Positions 14,331 to 24,206 of a DNA stretch of 36,267 bases are shown here, in pieces (within the stretch, counting starts at the first letter, position 1; every line of letters begins with the position of its first letter). The DNA comes from a virus. The notes beneath the pieces are model-generated. The model saw only the letters and a program-made list of their open reading frames with translations, was not told the origin of the DNA and ran no database searches. The stretch lies in UHGV virus genome UHGV-0220921. One strand, given 5' to 3'. The position numbers and the translations under genes are program-made.

Positions 14331-15238
14331 TAGATCACCCCAACTTTCTCAAGAGTGAACACATTTTGCTTTGGATCATCAACGGTTGCGATGATCAAGG
14401 CTCCTTCTTCAATCGGGAATTCTACAGTTCCAACTTTTTCGACTTCGTGATTATCTGAAAAGAGATCATCCTGCAAAATATCAGTCACTTCAATCTCACC
14501 GTATTCAATCGTGAAAAGTGTTGCTCGTAATTTCTGATATAGATAATCCATATCTGCCAGCAAGCGCTCTGAAATAGACGCATGACGAACTCCTTGAATA
14601 TCAACACGTGCATCCATTAATTCGGCTAACATTACTCCACCTGGATCGATAGACTTCAAAATATCTTTGATTGATTCAAACCATTTTAAATAATCGGTTT
14701 CTTGTCCTTCTCTCCATGCCTCAAATGTATTTTGTTGGTCTTGTCGCCATTGTTCAAATTCCTTTTTACGTGCATTCATCCAATCTGTGAAGTCACCTTT
14801 GTTTTCATTGATAAAAGCTGACATATCCGCAATTAAATCTTCGACTGTCTGCCAATACGATCCCATTTCACCCTCTGTTTTTGAGACAGCTTTAATCACA
14901 AAATAAGAGAAATCTTGCGTCGTAGCAATTAACTCATCATCTTTATAAATGATAAAATCTGCTGTTTGGCGATGTAGGCATTGCATCGAATATTGATCAA
15001 ATGTGTACTGAATTTTTCCTTTTTTTGCATCAATGACTTTAGTACCTAATTGAACTGGGTATTTGTCTCCGACAACTGATTCAAAATAGACTTTACAACC
15101 AGTTAGATCATAGGGCATTCCATTTTCAGTGATGGTTGCTTCCATAACCTCTGAATTCTTATTACCTTGCCGTACCTGAATCATACCGACATAGTTATAA
15201 GGTTCAGTTGTGCTGAGTACTACGTTCCACTTTGCCAT
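14330..15238 (-). CDS. baseplate or upper tail fiber protein (BppU-like position)
   Basis: ORF track entry. The C-terminus ends ...FTLEKVGVI and has an internal EVEKVGTVEF. It follows the Tal/CHAP genes. Confidence 0.45.
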   Translation of the reverse strand: MAKWNVVLSTTEPYNYVGMIQVRQGNKNSEVMEATITENGMPYDLTGCKVYFESVVGDKYPVQLGTKVIDAKKGKIQYTFDQYSMQCLHRQTADFIIYKDDELIATTQDFSYFVIKAVSKTEGEMGSYWQTVEDLIADMSAFINENKGDFTDWMNARKKEFEQWRQDQQNTFEAWREGQETDYLKWFESIKDILKSIDPGGVMLAELMDARVDIQGVRHASISERLLADMDYLYQKLRATLFTIEYGEIEVTDILQDDLFSDNHEVEKVGTVEFPIEEGALIIATVDDPKQNVFTLEKVGVI

Positions 15239-15770
15239 TAATTACCACTCCTTTCTCAAAATCAGGTGGGATACAAATAGAAGCTATCTGACCAGATCCG
15301 AAGAATTCACGATCATATTCCGCCACAATTCCACCTGATTCTGCATTTTGTTCATAGGTTTGAATACGCCCATTTTCTAGACCTTTGATTACACCTGTGT
15401 GGCCGTAATATTCATGGCTTTCAAATGTATCACTGATTTTTGCGTTTCTTTCCCAATTGATAATTGAGCCAACAACTAGTTGGTCATACTCGGGATGAAC
15501 AATAACCGTCCATAAATACAATGCCCATGAGTAGGCTCGTCCAATTTCCGCAGCGGAAAACACATTGCCGTGACGTACTTTGATCTCGTATTGTGTACCT
15601 GCCCCCATGTCAGGACCAATCATCACACCGGCATATTCCGCAGATAATGCATAACATTGATGGTTTCCGATAGGTTGATTCAACAAACTTTTCAAATGAT
15701 TTAATCCTTTTTCTTCGATCACAAAATCACCTCTATTTCTTCGCTCTGGCGAGACAAACATCGCCGCCAT
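15204..15770 (-). CDS. CHAP-domain peptidoglycan hydrolase (virion-associated)
   Basis: Cys in NHQCYALSAEYAG and His in YYGHTGVI at CHAP spacing. Confidence 0.55.
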   Translation of the reverse strand: MAAMFVSPERRNRGDFVIEEKGLNHLKSLLNQPIGNHQCYALSAEYAGVMIGPDMGAGTQYEIKVRHGNVFSAAEIGRAYSWALYLWTVIVHPEYDQLVVGSIINWERNAKISDTFESHEYYGHTGVIKGLENGRIQTYEQNAESGGIVAEYDREFFGSGQIASICIPPDFEKGVVINGKVERSTQHN

Positions 15771-18555
15771 TTAATAAATACCCGAAGGACCAATCGACGC
15801 GACCGATACCAACACCATTGGAATTCATGCCACCCATTTCAACAATAGAAGTGCTATATCCCTTCCAATCCTCTGCTAAAATAGCGGTATGTCCATCATT
15901 ACCAGCACCTGCACCTAAATTAACAATGATGATATCTCCGGCTTTCGCTTCATTTGGGGATATTTCAGTAAGATACTGACGTGCTCCTCTTGCATCTGCA
16001 GACATTGAGCCTGTATACCACAGAGTTCCACGTGTTGCGGTTTTATATCCCGCTTTTGTCAAAGCTAACCAAACAAAAGAAGAACAGTCAGCATACCCAT
16101 TACGATCAGGATTCTCGACGCTACCAAAATTCCAACGTAACGGTTGCGAGTAATGGAAATAACCCATCAAGCTTTTGGCTGTACTGAGAATACTGCCAGC
16201 AGATGGGACTTGAAGATCTTTGAATCTGTTATACCAATTAACTGCCCATCCTTGTCTTTCTGGATGAGTTGTGGCTGGTCTTTCATAGTTTCGTTCAAAT
16301 GTATAAGCAGCAGCTGCTGGATCAGTCATTGCTTTAAATCCAGAAACACTTGCCGGTTGAACAATTCCTAACCATTGACCGTTATACATTGTCCAATCTA
16401 ATAACTTTCCTTGAGCTGACATTGTTCGATAATCTTCTGTAATTCCTGCAGCTCTCATCAGGTTTTGAACATAAGTCCTGCCATCCCATGTTGCTGGAGG
16501 AACCAAAGGATATGCTGAACCATCCCATTGAACGATTCCATAGGCTGGACCGCCAACTTGTGCAATATCTGGATTCATTGCAGCACCGGCTTCTCCTTGA
16601 ACATTTCCAAGGATTCCAGCAATGGATGCTTTGGAATAACCTCTAGAAAGAAGCATAACCCATAGCTCCCAAGCAAATTTGTCCGCTTGACTGGTAACCT
16701 CTGGTGGGTACATGCCATTCCAACTTCCCCCGCCGTTATTCCCACTTCCCCCTTGTCCAGGAAATACTTCTTGCCCATTAATTGTAAGTTTTCCGCGTAT
16801 ATTGACATTTTTCATAAATTCCGCATCACCAAAGGCATTTAGCTTTTCCTGTAGGTTTAAACTTCCAAATAATATAGAAGTTCCATTCCCAAGTATTACC
16901 CAACCTTTTCCTTCTTTTGGTGAAATGAGAATATATTTTCCATCGCCGTTTGTTCGAATGACTAACGAATTATCTTCTAACGGTGTAGGAGTGGATGCGC
17001 CAGGAAAAGGATTGCCTGCAGAATCAGTCGTACCAATTGTGCCGATAGATTCCTTGGTGTTCCAGAACTCCATTCCTTTCTTGGTTAGTTCCATGATTTT
17101 TTTATTATCATTCCAAATTTGTAACGTACCTTTGACAATTTTTAGCACATCACCTAGATCATTAATTGAGCTTTCAAGAACTTCTGCATTAATAATCCCA
17201 ACTTTAATGAAATCAGCTACGATTTCACCCTTCGACGTCATTGCGATACCGAATGGGCCATTTACTCCATCGTCTGAATAACCTAAGCCATTTAAATTCC
17301 AACGCCACACACGCTTCGCATTCGCTACATTGGAAGTATCCATAATAAGAATCTCTGATGGAGCTTTTTCTGGGCGAAAAACGACATGCCCACCAGAATT
17401 ACCAGTGATCCATGCCGTCGCATTCAACACATTTTGAACTAACGTTTCTGTTCGATTGTCGATTTTCTTTTTCAATTCTTGTGCTTGAGTATTTACTGCC
17501 GAAGTGTACAGTGATAAATCATTACCTAAAACAATATCCTTATATTTCCCAAGCGTTGGGAAATAAGTGTATTCGACCATACGCTCTTTTATCTCGATAT
17601 CTAGCTCTTTCGCCCTAACATGAGCGACATCACCAAAGTGTAAAGACGCTAGCTCTTGATACATCTCACCGTATTCGAGTGTGTGTTCCAACGCCACCAT
17701 GCTGACTGTATGAGTAGCTTTTGGCTCATGGATACGATCATTGTCAAATAAGGTTTTGCCCCATTTGATCAATTCATCAACTGTTTTACAATCTCCGTTT
17801 TCACGCTTGGCAATACGTCGATTCTCGTTGGTTACTCCATCAATTTCTAAATAACCATATTCGATAGGTTCTTTGTCTTCATCATAATCGTTATCAGGAA
17901 CCCCGCCAACCAAATACAAACTATTGACAATTGATTCTTCATCAATTTCTTCTTCGATTGCTTCTAAATTGATGCCAAAATCAATCCGAAAACCATTATC
18001 TGATCCAATCTGTTTTACCAGTTTCAAATCATAGTTATCCATATCAAGTTCCGCGCTAGTCACGCCAGTCAAATTTTGATTACCGTTATTTGAACCGATA
18101 ATCGCTTCAACTGGTGCGACTTGTCTTGCTGTAAATTGGTGCGTTGTACCTACATTCGACAGATAGTTGAATTTTTGATCAAATGCCAAACTGTTTTTAA
18201 GATTGGTCATGATTTGAGAACCGTTGCCGTTATCCGTGAATGACTTAACGATAAAGTTTTTATTGGCCATAAAACCAATATGTCTGGCTGTCACAGAAAC
18301 GGATGTCAAATTCTTTTTGATATTGTAAATTTCGAAGTATTGCCATGATCCATCTGGTACCTTCGCTTTTATGAAATTTCCTTTTTTTAAGTAAGACCGA
18401 TACTGACCGCCTCGTGAATAGTTACCATAAAAACGATATTGACCATTTAATACACGATTGATTTCTGGCAAATCTTCCCAGTCAACCAACGACGCTCCGT
18501 TAACACTCAAATCATCTGGCATTTTTTTGTAAGCATAAATAAATTCTTGTGTCAC
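15733..18555 (-). CDS. tail-associated lysin (Tal): phage tail endopeptidase N-terminal region with lysozyme-like and NlpC/P60 domains
   Basis: 940 aa, directly after Dit. Contains a GNVQGEAGAAMNP glycosidase-like segment and the NlpC/P60 motif YADCSSFVWLALTKAGYK...GHTAIL. Confidence 0.75.
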   Translation of the reverse strand: MTQEFIYAYKKMPDDLSVNGASLVDWEDLPEINRVLNGQYRFYGNYSRGGQYRSYLKKGNFIKAKVPDGSWQYFEIYNIKKNLTSVSVTARHIGFMANKNFIVKSFTDNGNGSQIMTNLKNSLAFDQKFNYLSNVGTTHQFTARQVAPVEAIIGSNNGNQNLTGVTSAELDMDNYDLKLVKQIGSDNGFRIDFGINLEAIEEEIDEESIVNSLYLVGGVPDNDYDEDKEPIEYGYLEIDGVTNENRRIAKRENGDCKTVDELIKWGKTLFDNDRIHEPKATHTVSMVALEHTLEYGEMYQELASLHFGDVAHVRAKELDIEIKERMVEYTYFPTLGKYKDIVLGNDLSLYTSAVNTQAQELKKKIDNRTETLVQNVLNATAWITGNSGGHVVFRPEKAPSEILIMDTSNVANAKRVWRWNLNGLGYSDDGVNGPFGIAMTSKGEIVADFIKVGIINAEVLESSINDLGDVLKIVKGTLQIWNDNKKIMELTKKGMEFWNTKESIGTIGTTDSAGNPFPGASTPTPLEDNSLVIRTNGDGKYILISPKEGKGWVILGNGTSILFGSLNLQEKLNAFGDAEFMKNVNIRGKLTINGQEVFPGQGGSGNNGGGSWNGMYPPEVTSQADKFAWELWVMLLSRGYSKASIAGILGNVQGEAGAAMNPDIAQVGGPAYGIVQWDGSAYPLVPPATWDGRTYVQNLMRAAGITEDYRTMSAQGKLLDWTMYNGQWLGIVQPASVSGFKAMTDPAAAAYTFERNYERPATTHPERQGWAVNWYNRFKDLQVPSAGSILSTAKSLMGYFHYSQPLRWNFGSVENPDRNGYADCSSFVWLALTKAGYKTATRGTLWYTGSMSADARGARQYLTEISPNEAKAGDIIIVNLGAGAGNDGHTAILAEDWKGYSTSIVEMGGMNSNGVGIGRVDWSFGYLLNGGDVCLARAKK

Positions 18556-19271
18556 AGATACACACTCCTATTCCAAAACCGCACTTCTTTAAATTTTCCG
18601 GATACTTTTACCTGATTCCATTCAGGCTGCAATACTGGCCAATCACCACGCGTAAATAAATTCAAACCTTCTTGTATTGCTTTCCCAAGCTGAGTATCAA
18701 CCACGATTGTTGCAGCTAAAGTATTAAGTATTGTTAGGCTTTTGTCACCGACAGCGATCGTAATATCTCCTCCGTTCGATTCTATTTCCAGATAAGGATG
18801 TGCAATTTCGTCACCATGATCAAAAATATCCATAACACTAGAATGAAAAATTTTAGGTGCTTCACCGATTTTTCTTTTGAGTGGCTGACAACGAAAAGTA
18901 ACATCGAATGTATAAAAGAAGCCCCACTCGTTTTCGAATGGGACTTCTTTATCCATGCTGCAGATAGCATCTAGATACTTGTCTGGATCATTATGAGTGA
19001 TTAATTGGCTTTTACCAGTAAGCCATCGTTTGACTTCCCTCAGTTTCGAATGTGGGATAGTGATCCCTTCTATTTCCAAATCAAAAGGTTCATAATCATC
19101 AAACGTCTCCGTCAATTCTCCGCTTCGGCCCTGAATCGTGTAAGTTTCGTATCGCTTGTTCGGCATAATATCTGGAAGCTCTACCTCAATGATGCAATCC
19201 ATATCAATTACTGCATTCCGATTTTTCCAAATAAAATTTGGTTCATCTGGATTCATAAATTGTCGACTCAA
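18552..19271 (-). CDS. distal tail protein (Dit)
   Basis: Size and position between the tape measure and Tal. Confidence 0.65.
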   Translation of the reverse strand: MSRQFMNPDEPNFIWKNRNAVIDMDCIIEVELPDIMPNKRYETYTIQGRSGELTETFDDYEPFDLEIEGITIPHSKLREVKRWLTGKSQLITHNDPDKYLDAICSMDKEVPFENEWGFFYTFDVTFRCQPLKRKIGEAPKIFHSSVMDIFDHGDEIAHPYLEIESNGGDITIAVGDKSLTILNTLAATIVVDTQLGKAIQEGLNLFTRGDWPVLQPEWNQVKVSGKFKEVRFWNRSVYL

Positions 19272-21571
19272 ATAGGAACACCCCCCAAATCATAAATAGC
19301 CTGTTGGTTTGCTTTAGCAAATTTACGATTCATACGATCTAACTCAGATGGATTGTTTGCATCGACTTTGCCAATGTGTATATGCTGTTCAATGCTACCT
19401 CCGGAAACTCTTCCGCTGATTCCTTTGCGTTTTTCTTCGTCTGATAATGGAGTAACTGTGGTTTTACCATTCTTGGCAGTCAGTAACTCAGGTCCAGCTT
19501 CACCAACAATTGCTTGCCCATTGATTAAGTGACCGCCTTTAGCCAGATAAGGAATTTTATCAAAATGAATTCCTTTTCCTCCGACGATTGGAACTCCTTT
19601 TGGCACTTTAATTTTGTTTGCTAGACCAATAAAATCATTGATCAATCCAATCAGACCGTTAATTGGTGCTTTTGCAATTGCCACAATCCCATCAAATATA
19701 CCTCCAAAAATATTCACGACACCTTCCCATGCTTTCGACCAGTTACCAGTGAATACTCCTGTAATAAAATCTAGAAATCCGTTAAATATTCTTTTGCCAG
19801 CATTAAAGTAGTTATTGAAGTTTGCTATGATTCCACCGAATACACCACCGATAAAGCCACCTAGAAAATTGAATACTTGAACAGCTATATCTGATATGCC
19901 TTGAAAGAATGCGTTGACACCATCTCGAAACCATTTGACTTTGTTATAAGCCAAAACAAATCCAGCAATCAATAATGCTATACCAGCAATCACTAAGACA
20001 AACGGATTTGCAGCGAGAAACACAGACATCTTTTGCCAAATTCCTATGAAACTGTTGATACCACCGACAATTTTTGTAACAGATCCCATAAGTGAACCAA
20101 GAACGATTAGTACTGGTCCAACTGCTGCCGCTATCCCAGCAATTGTTATGATCCAATTCTTTGTATCTTGATCTAGAGACCCCCACCATTTAGAGAATTC
20201 CTGTAATAAGGAAGTTGCTTTTTCAAAAAAAGGCAAAAGGCTTACTTGGACTGCTTCACCTACGTCAGCCATTGCTAATTTTGCATTGTTCATAGCTTGA
20301 TCGGCTTGATCAATTGGGTCGAGAGTAGCATCGAATGTGTCTCCTACAGCTCCCCCACTTTCTCCAGCAGTTTTTGCTAAATCTTCCAGGTTCAAAGTAC
20401 CTCTACGAATTGCATCGGCCATTCTAGGACCGCCTTTAGTCCCGAATACTTCTGCTGCTGCATTGATGGCTTCTGTTTCAGAACCTGCATTTTTTACCTT
20501 GTCTTGTAGTTCTTCTAGTCCTTGACTTAAAGATTTTCCGTCTTTCGCATAAGCCACTGTTGCTTTAGATAAACTACTTAAAGCTGCGCTTGAATCAACA
20601 CCAGATTGCTCAAATTGTCCAAGTAAAGTGACCCCTTCACCAAAGCTCAACCCTAATTGTTTAATTTGTGGTGCGCCATCAATTGCTTTTTGCATCAAGT
20701 CGTCTACAGATTGACCAGTATTCTGCGATGTTTTCGTTGTTACATCAAGGACAGAATTCAAATCATCATATTCTAGTCCATAAGCATCAATAGCTTGTCG
20801 AGCAGATATTGCTGATTGCGAAACATCTGTATCATTGATTTCAGCGTACTGTAGGAGATAATTGGTTGAATCTTCCAGTTTTTTATCCATGAATCCAAAT
20901 TGTGTATTTACCTCACCAATAGCTTCCCCAACCGTTTGTAAAGGTAAATGAGTATTTGAACCAACGTTTTTGAAAGACTGTGAAAGTCTATCAGCTTGAT
21001 CACCTGTTGCTCCGGTTTTTGTAATGATGGTATCAAGTGCCTCGTCAACTTCACCAAATGCTGCAAGTCCTGCTGCTCCTGCCGCTACAATAGGCGCGGT
21101 TACTCCAACAGACATTTTTTCACCAACGCCTTTTACTTTCTCACCTGTTTCTTCGATTTTCTGGAGTTTTTTTGCTGTATCAACAGAAACGTCACCTTGT
21201 TCTTTAAGTGCATCGTTCGTCTGTTCTAATGCTGTACGAAGTTTATTTTCTCCGGTTTCAGAATTGAGTAATTGTTTATAAAGTTTTTCTGATTCAGCAG
21301 AATATTCACCGGTTTCTTTGACAGATTTTTCATATTCCTCTCTCAGCATTTGAGATCGTTGTTCAGCCAATCCTAATTGTTTTTCTAATTTTTGTTTAGC
21401 CGCTCGCAATTTTTCTGTTTGAGTTGCATCCTTGTCCATCGCAGACACTTGGTTTTTGTACTCGGCAGCGGCTAAGTTCATTTCTTTGTTGATTTCTTTG
21501 ATTGTTTTCGAATAACTGACTTCGCCATTCGTTTTAAAATTAAGAACGACATCAGATTCTTTACCAGCCAT
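19268..21571 (-). CDS. tail tape measure protein
   Basis: 767 aa with a coiled-coil N-terminus and hydrophobic or Gly-rich central segments. Follows the G/GT chaperone. RBS GAAAGGAG. Confidence 0.9.
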   Translation of the reverse strand: MAGKESDVVLNFKTNGEVSYSKTIKEINKEMNLAAAEYKNQVSAMDKDATQTEKLRAAKQKLEKQLGLAEQRSQMLREEYEKSVKETGEYSAESEKLYKQLLNSETGENKLRTALEQTNDALKEQGDVSVDTAKKLQKIEETGEKVKGVGEKMSVGVTAPIVAAGAAGLAAFGEVDEALDTIITKTGATGDQADRLSQSFKNVGSNTHLPLQTVGEAIGEVNTQFGFMDKKLEDSTNYLLQYAEINDTDVSQSAISARQAIDAYGLEYDDLNSVLDVTTKTSQNTGQSVDDLMQKAIDGAPQIKQLGLSFGEGVTLLGQFEQSGVDSSAALSSLSKATVAYAKDGKSLSQGLEELQDKVKNAGSETEAINAAAEVFGTKGGPRMADAIRRGTLNLEDLAKTAGESGGAVGDTFDATLDPIDQADQAMNNAKLAMADVGEAVQVSLLPFFEKATSLLQEFSKWWGSLDQDTKNWIITIAGIAAAVGPVLIVLGSLMGSVTKIVGGINSFIGIWQKMSVFLAANPFVLVIAGIALLIAGFVLAYNKVKWFRDGVNAFFQGISDIAVQVFNFLGGFIGGVFGGIIANFNNYFNAGKRIFNGFLDFITGVFTGNWSKAWEGVVNIFGGIFDGIVAIAKAPINGLIGLINDFIGLANKIKVPKGVPIVGGKGIHFDKIPYLAKGGHLINGQAIVGEAGPELLTAKNGKTTVTPLSDEEKRKGISGRVSGGSIEQHIHIGKVDANNPSELDRMNRKFAKANQQAIYDLGGVPI

Positions 21572-21589
21572 TTATCTTAGCGCTCCTTT

Positions 21590-22230
21590 CTACCACCAAG
21601 GCGATTTATCCATAGTTACAGATTGAGGTGGTTCAAAATCGGTGTTTTGTTGTAACCACTGTAAATAAGATTTGAGCCACAAGTTAGGTGTAGACTTCAA
21701 AAAGAAACTCTCACTCCAATTCAATAGAGTGAGAGCAACGTAAATATAAAAACTCCAAGGAGTTCCTATCTCTTCCGATTCTTTTTGTTTACCTTTCTTT
21801 TTGCTTGCGTTTTTTGAAAGTCTTGTGGCTTCTTGGATTTTTTTAGGTCTTCCACCTGAAATGTCTGGCTAGCAAAAATTTCCATGCAAGTACTATAAGC
21901 AGACAACACCTCTCCACTCATTCCCAAAAATTTGAAAATAGTTTCTGGATCTTCATCTAAACCACCAGTACGCAGCATGGCATAAATTAAGGCGCGCATG
22001 ATTTTTAGGTCACTAGGCGATAAGTTAGCAGAAGAAATTTGTCCTTCTTTTTTAGATAGCATGGCATTCATATCAGATTCGAATTGCGAATAATCTCCAC
22101 CATATACATCTGCTATAAATTCCATTGTTTGCATAGTAAATGAGATAGGGAATTCTACACCTTGAATAGTGACAGTAGCAGAATTTTTTAAGTCTTCAAC
22201 GTTAATTCCATAATCAGATAACCGAGCCAT
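21590..22230 (-). CDS. tail assembly chaperone GT fusion, made by -1 programmed frameshift at A_AAA_AAA (plus-strand 21838-21844)
   Basis: The -1 frame is open for about 86 codons from the slippery heptamer to TAG 21590-21592 and has no start codon of its own. This is the classic G/GT arrangement upstream of the tape measure. Confidence 0.55.
21766..22230 (-). CDS. tail assembly chaperone (gpG-like)
   Basis: Located between the major tail protein and the tape measure. Lys-rich C-terminus. Confidence 0.65.
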   Translation of the reverse strand: MARLSDYGINVEDLKNSATVTIQGVEFPISFTMQTMEFIADVYGGDYSQFESDMNAMLSKKEGQISSANLSPSDLKIMRALIYAMLRTGGLDEDPETIFKFLGMSGEVLSAYSTCMEIFASQTFQVEDLKKSKKPQDFQKTQAKRKVNKKNRKR

Positions 22231-22856
22231 TAGCCTGCACCTCCAACTTTAGCCAATGTTTTCCACTGTTCTTCATCGTATACAGGTTGAGCAATGAATT
22301 TTCCAAATAGATCCATTGTCGCTTCTTCACGATTCGAATCAAAACTTGCATACATCACATTATTGTATTTCAGTCCTGTAGAAACAAAGTTTGCAGTTAC
22401 ATCATCGATTTTTGTTTCATCTTCAGCAGTAGCGTATTCTTCATCAATTACATTAGATAGTTGCGTGTTTGGATACCATACAGCTTTTTTACCTCCGCCT
22501 TCAATATTTCCAATGAATCCAAATGCAAGGTAAGGAAATTCTCGTGCGGTATTTTTACTAAATGTTACTCCGCTTTTTGCAATCATCCCTTTGATTTCAT
22601 CCATTACCGCAATTGGAATACCTACATGATCCAACGCAATTTCATGTTTTGTTTCTCGGGACACGCGTCGGAACATTTTGCTTGATGCCCATTTTTCCAA
22701 TGCTGTACCATTACCTTTGACTCCAATTTTTGTAGCGATAGGCAACCGGACAACTTCACTATAAGTCGGAGCAGTTCCAACAGAATCTGGCGTTGCCATC
22801 ATCGCGATTAAAATGTCGTCCAATCCTTCAAAATAAAAAGTATCTTGCTTTCCCAA
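22230..22856 (-). CDS. major tail protein
   Basis: 208 aa, immediately upstream of the chaperone pair. Typical position and size. Confidence 0.75.
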   Translation of the reverse strand: MGKQDTFYFEGLDDILIAMMATPDSVGTAPTYSEVVRLPIATKIGVKGNGTALEKWASSKMFRRVSRETKHEIALDHVGIPIAVMDEIKGMIAKSGVTFSKNTAREFPYLAFGFIGNIEGGGKKAVWYPNTQLSNVIDEEYATAEDETKIDDVTANFVSTGLKYNNVMYASFDSNREEATMDLFGKFIAQPVYDEEQWKTLAKVGGAG

Positions 22857-22862
22857 TTAAAA

Positions 22863-23237
22863 TCATCCTTCCCATAAATCAAGTATTTTTCTAGTCATAA
22901 TTTCTTCAATTTTTTCTTTGTTTTGTTCATACGTACCACTTGCAAAATGTTGGGCACGTTGATTTGTTGTGCCATTTTCGGCAAAGCGCCAGTAAAAGGC
23001 AGTCTCTTCAAATTGAACTTTCACTTGATCGTTTTCAACTACTACTTTTATTTGTTCGTTCATGTGTTTTTTCTTAAGCAGAGACTTAGGAATATTAGGA
23101 AGCAACTGCTTTAGATAAAAGTTAGCTGCTTCTTCTAAAGATTCCAACGATAATTTTTTCGGATCAACTTTTGAAAGGTTTCCTAAATAATCCGATATTT
23201 CAGAAAAACCATTCTTATTACTTGGCATTTTCCACAC
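22863..23237 (-). CDS. neck / tail-completion protein (HK97 gp10-like or tail terminator class)
   Basis: One of four small genes between the capsid and the major tail protein. Confidence 0.45.
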   Translation of the reverse strand: MWKMPSNKNGFSEISDYLGNLSKVDPKKLSLESLEEAANFYLKQLLPNIPKSLLKKKHMNEQIKVVVENDQVKVQFEETAFYWRFAENGTTNQRAQHFASGTYEQNKEKIEEIMTRKILDLWEG

Positions 23238-23556
23238 ACCTCACATATGTGTAATAGTTGGTTACGGTATCGTCGTTCTCATCACCTTGTATACCTGTAA
23301 AATCTGAATATGGAATACCAGCATTTTGTAACGCTTCTTCAATAACAGCTAAATCCTGTTCTGTTCCAAGTGTGAAAAAAGAAATTTGATAATACGGTAA
23401 TTTTTTATAGACTTTACCGGATGCCATTTTTTTACTGTTACTCACATTTGAGTACACGATGTATGGATACATCGTCCCTAATCTGGCTTTATCTCTGAAC
23501 ACTGGCAACTTTGTTGATTTCAGCGCTGTTTTCAATTCATCAAAGCTAATCGACAT
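23218..23556 (-). CDS. neck protein (head-tail joining)
   Basis: Position in the neck cluster. Confidence 0.45.
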   Translation of the reverse strand: MSISFDELKTALKSTKLPVFRDKARLGTMYPYIVYSNVSNSKKMASGKVYKKLPYYQISFFTLGTEQDLAVIEEALQNAGIPYSDFTGIQGDENDDTVTNYYTYVRCVENAK

Positions 23557-23872
23557 AAGCTAAACTCAACTCCATTTCTCTTGTATCAGGATTCGTATAA
23601 ATGCGAGTAATGTTATACGTTACAGAATCAATTTTGAGCGCACTTAATTTCTCTGTGATAGTTTTATCCCATCGAACCTTAATACGCCTGACAACGTCCG
23701 TCTTGGCTTGCTGTGATAAATATTTTTCTTGAGAAGTCACACCGAGTTCTTCATAGAAAATTAGACGCTTGGATTCATAAACCGTAGTTGGACGATCGTT
23801 CTCATCTGTTCCTGTTTTGATTTCTAGCAATTCAGCTTTCCATCGCAGATTATTGGTCTGTCGTTTCGGCAT
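23546..23872 (-). CDS. head closure / head-tail adaptor protein
   Basis: Position and size (108 aa) in the neck cluster. Confidence 0.5.
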   Translation of the reverse strand: MPKRQTNNLRWKAELLEIKTGTDENDRPTTVYESKRLIFYEELGVTSQEKYLSQQAKTDVVRRIKVRWDKTITEKLSALKIDSVTYNITRIYTNPDTREMELSLAYVD

Positions 23873-24206
23873 TTTGAATCACTCCTTGTACAATAAATGG
23901 CGTAATAGCGCTCAAAGCTTTGTCTAACTCATCTTCAGATACTCGGTATTCGTAGGCGATGCCAGCAACCATCAAAATAAGATATTCTTGTTGGCCACCA
24001 GTTGCTGTTTTGACATAATCTTTTGCCATATTTAAATAAAAAGAGAGCAAAGAATCATCCATGCCCTCTTCAAAATGAATATGTGATTTGAATTTTTCCT
24101 CTAAAGACAATTCTTTAGTTTGCTCTTCCATCTTAACCACCAACTGGTTTTGTAATTTCGTAGCGATATACTGCCGGTTCAAATGGAGAATAAACCAATT
24201 GACCAT
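23850..24206 (-). CDS. head-tail connector (gp6-like)
   Basis: First gene after the capsid gene. Confidence 0.5.
   Translation of the reverse strand: MVNWFILHLNRQYIATKLQNQLVVKMEEQTKELSLEEKFKSHIHFEEGMDDSLLSFYLNMAKDYVKTATGGQQEYLILMVAGIAYEYRVSEDELDKALSAITPFIVQGVIQNAETTDQ

Noticed and set aside
15981-17618. several plus-strand ORFs (15981..16187, 16144..16371, 16712..17281, 17412..17618) inside the Tal gene
   Set aside because: They are antisense to a 940-aa gene with clear domain content, have no RBSs, and have Pro/Ser-rich low-complexity translations.
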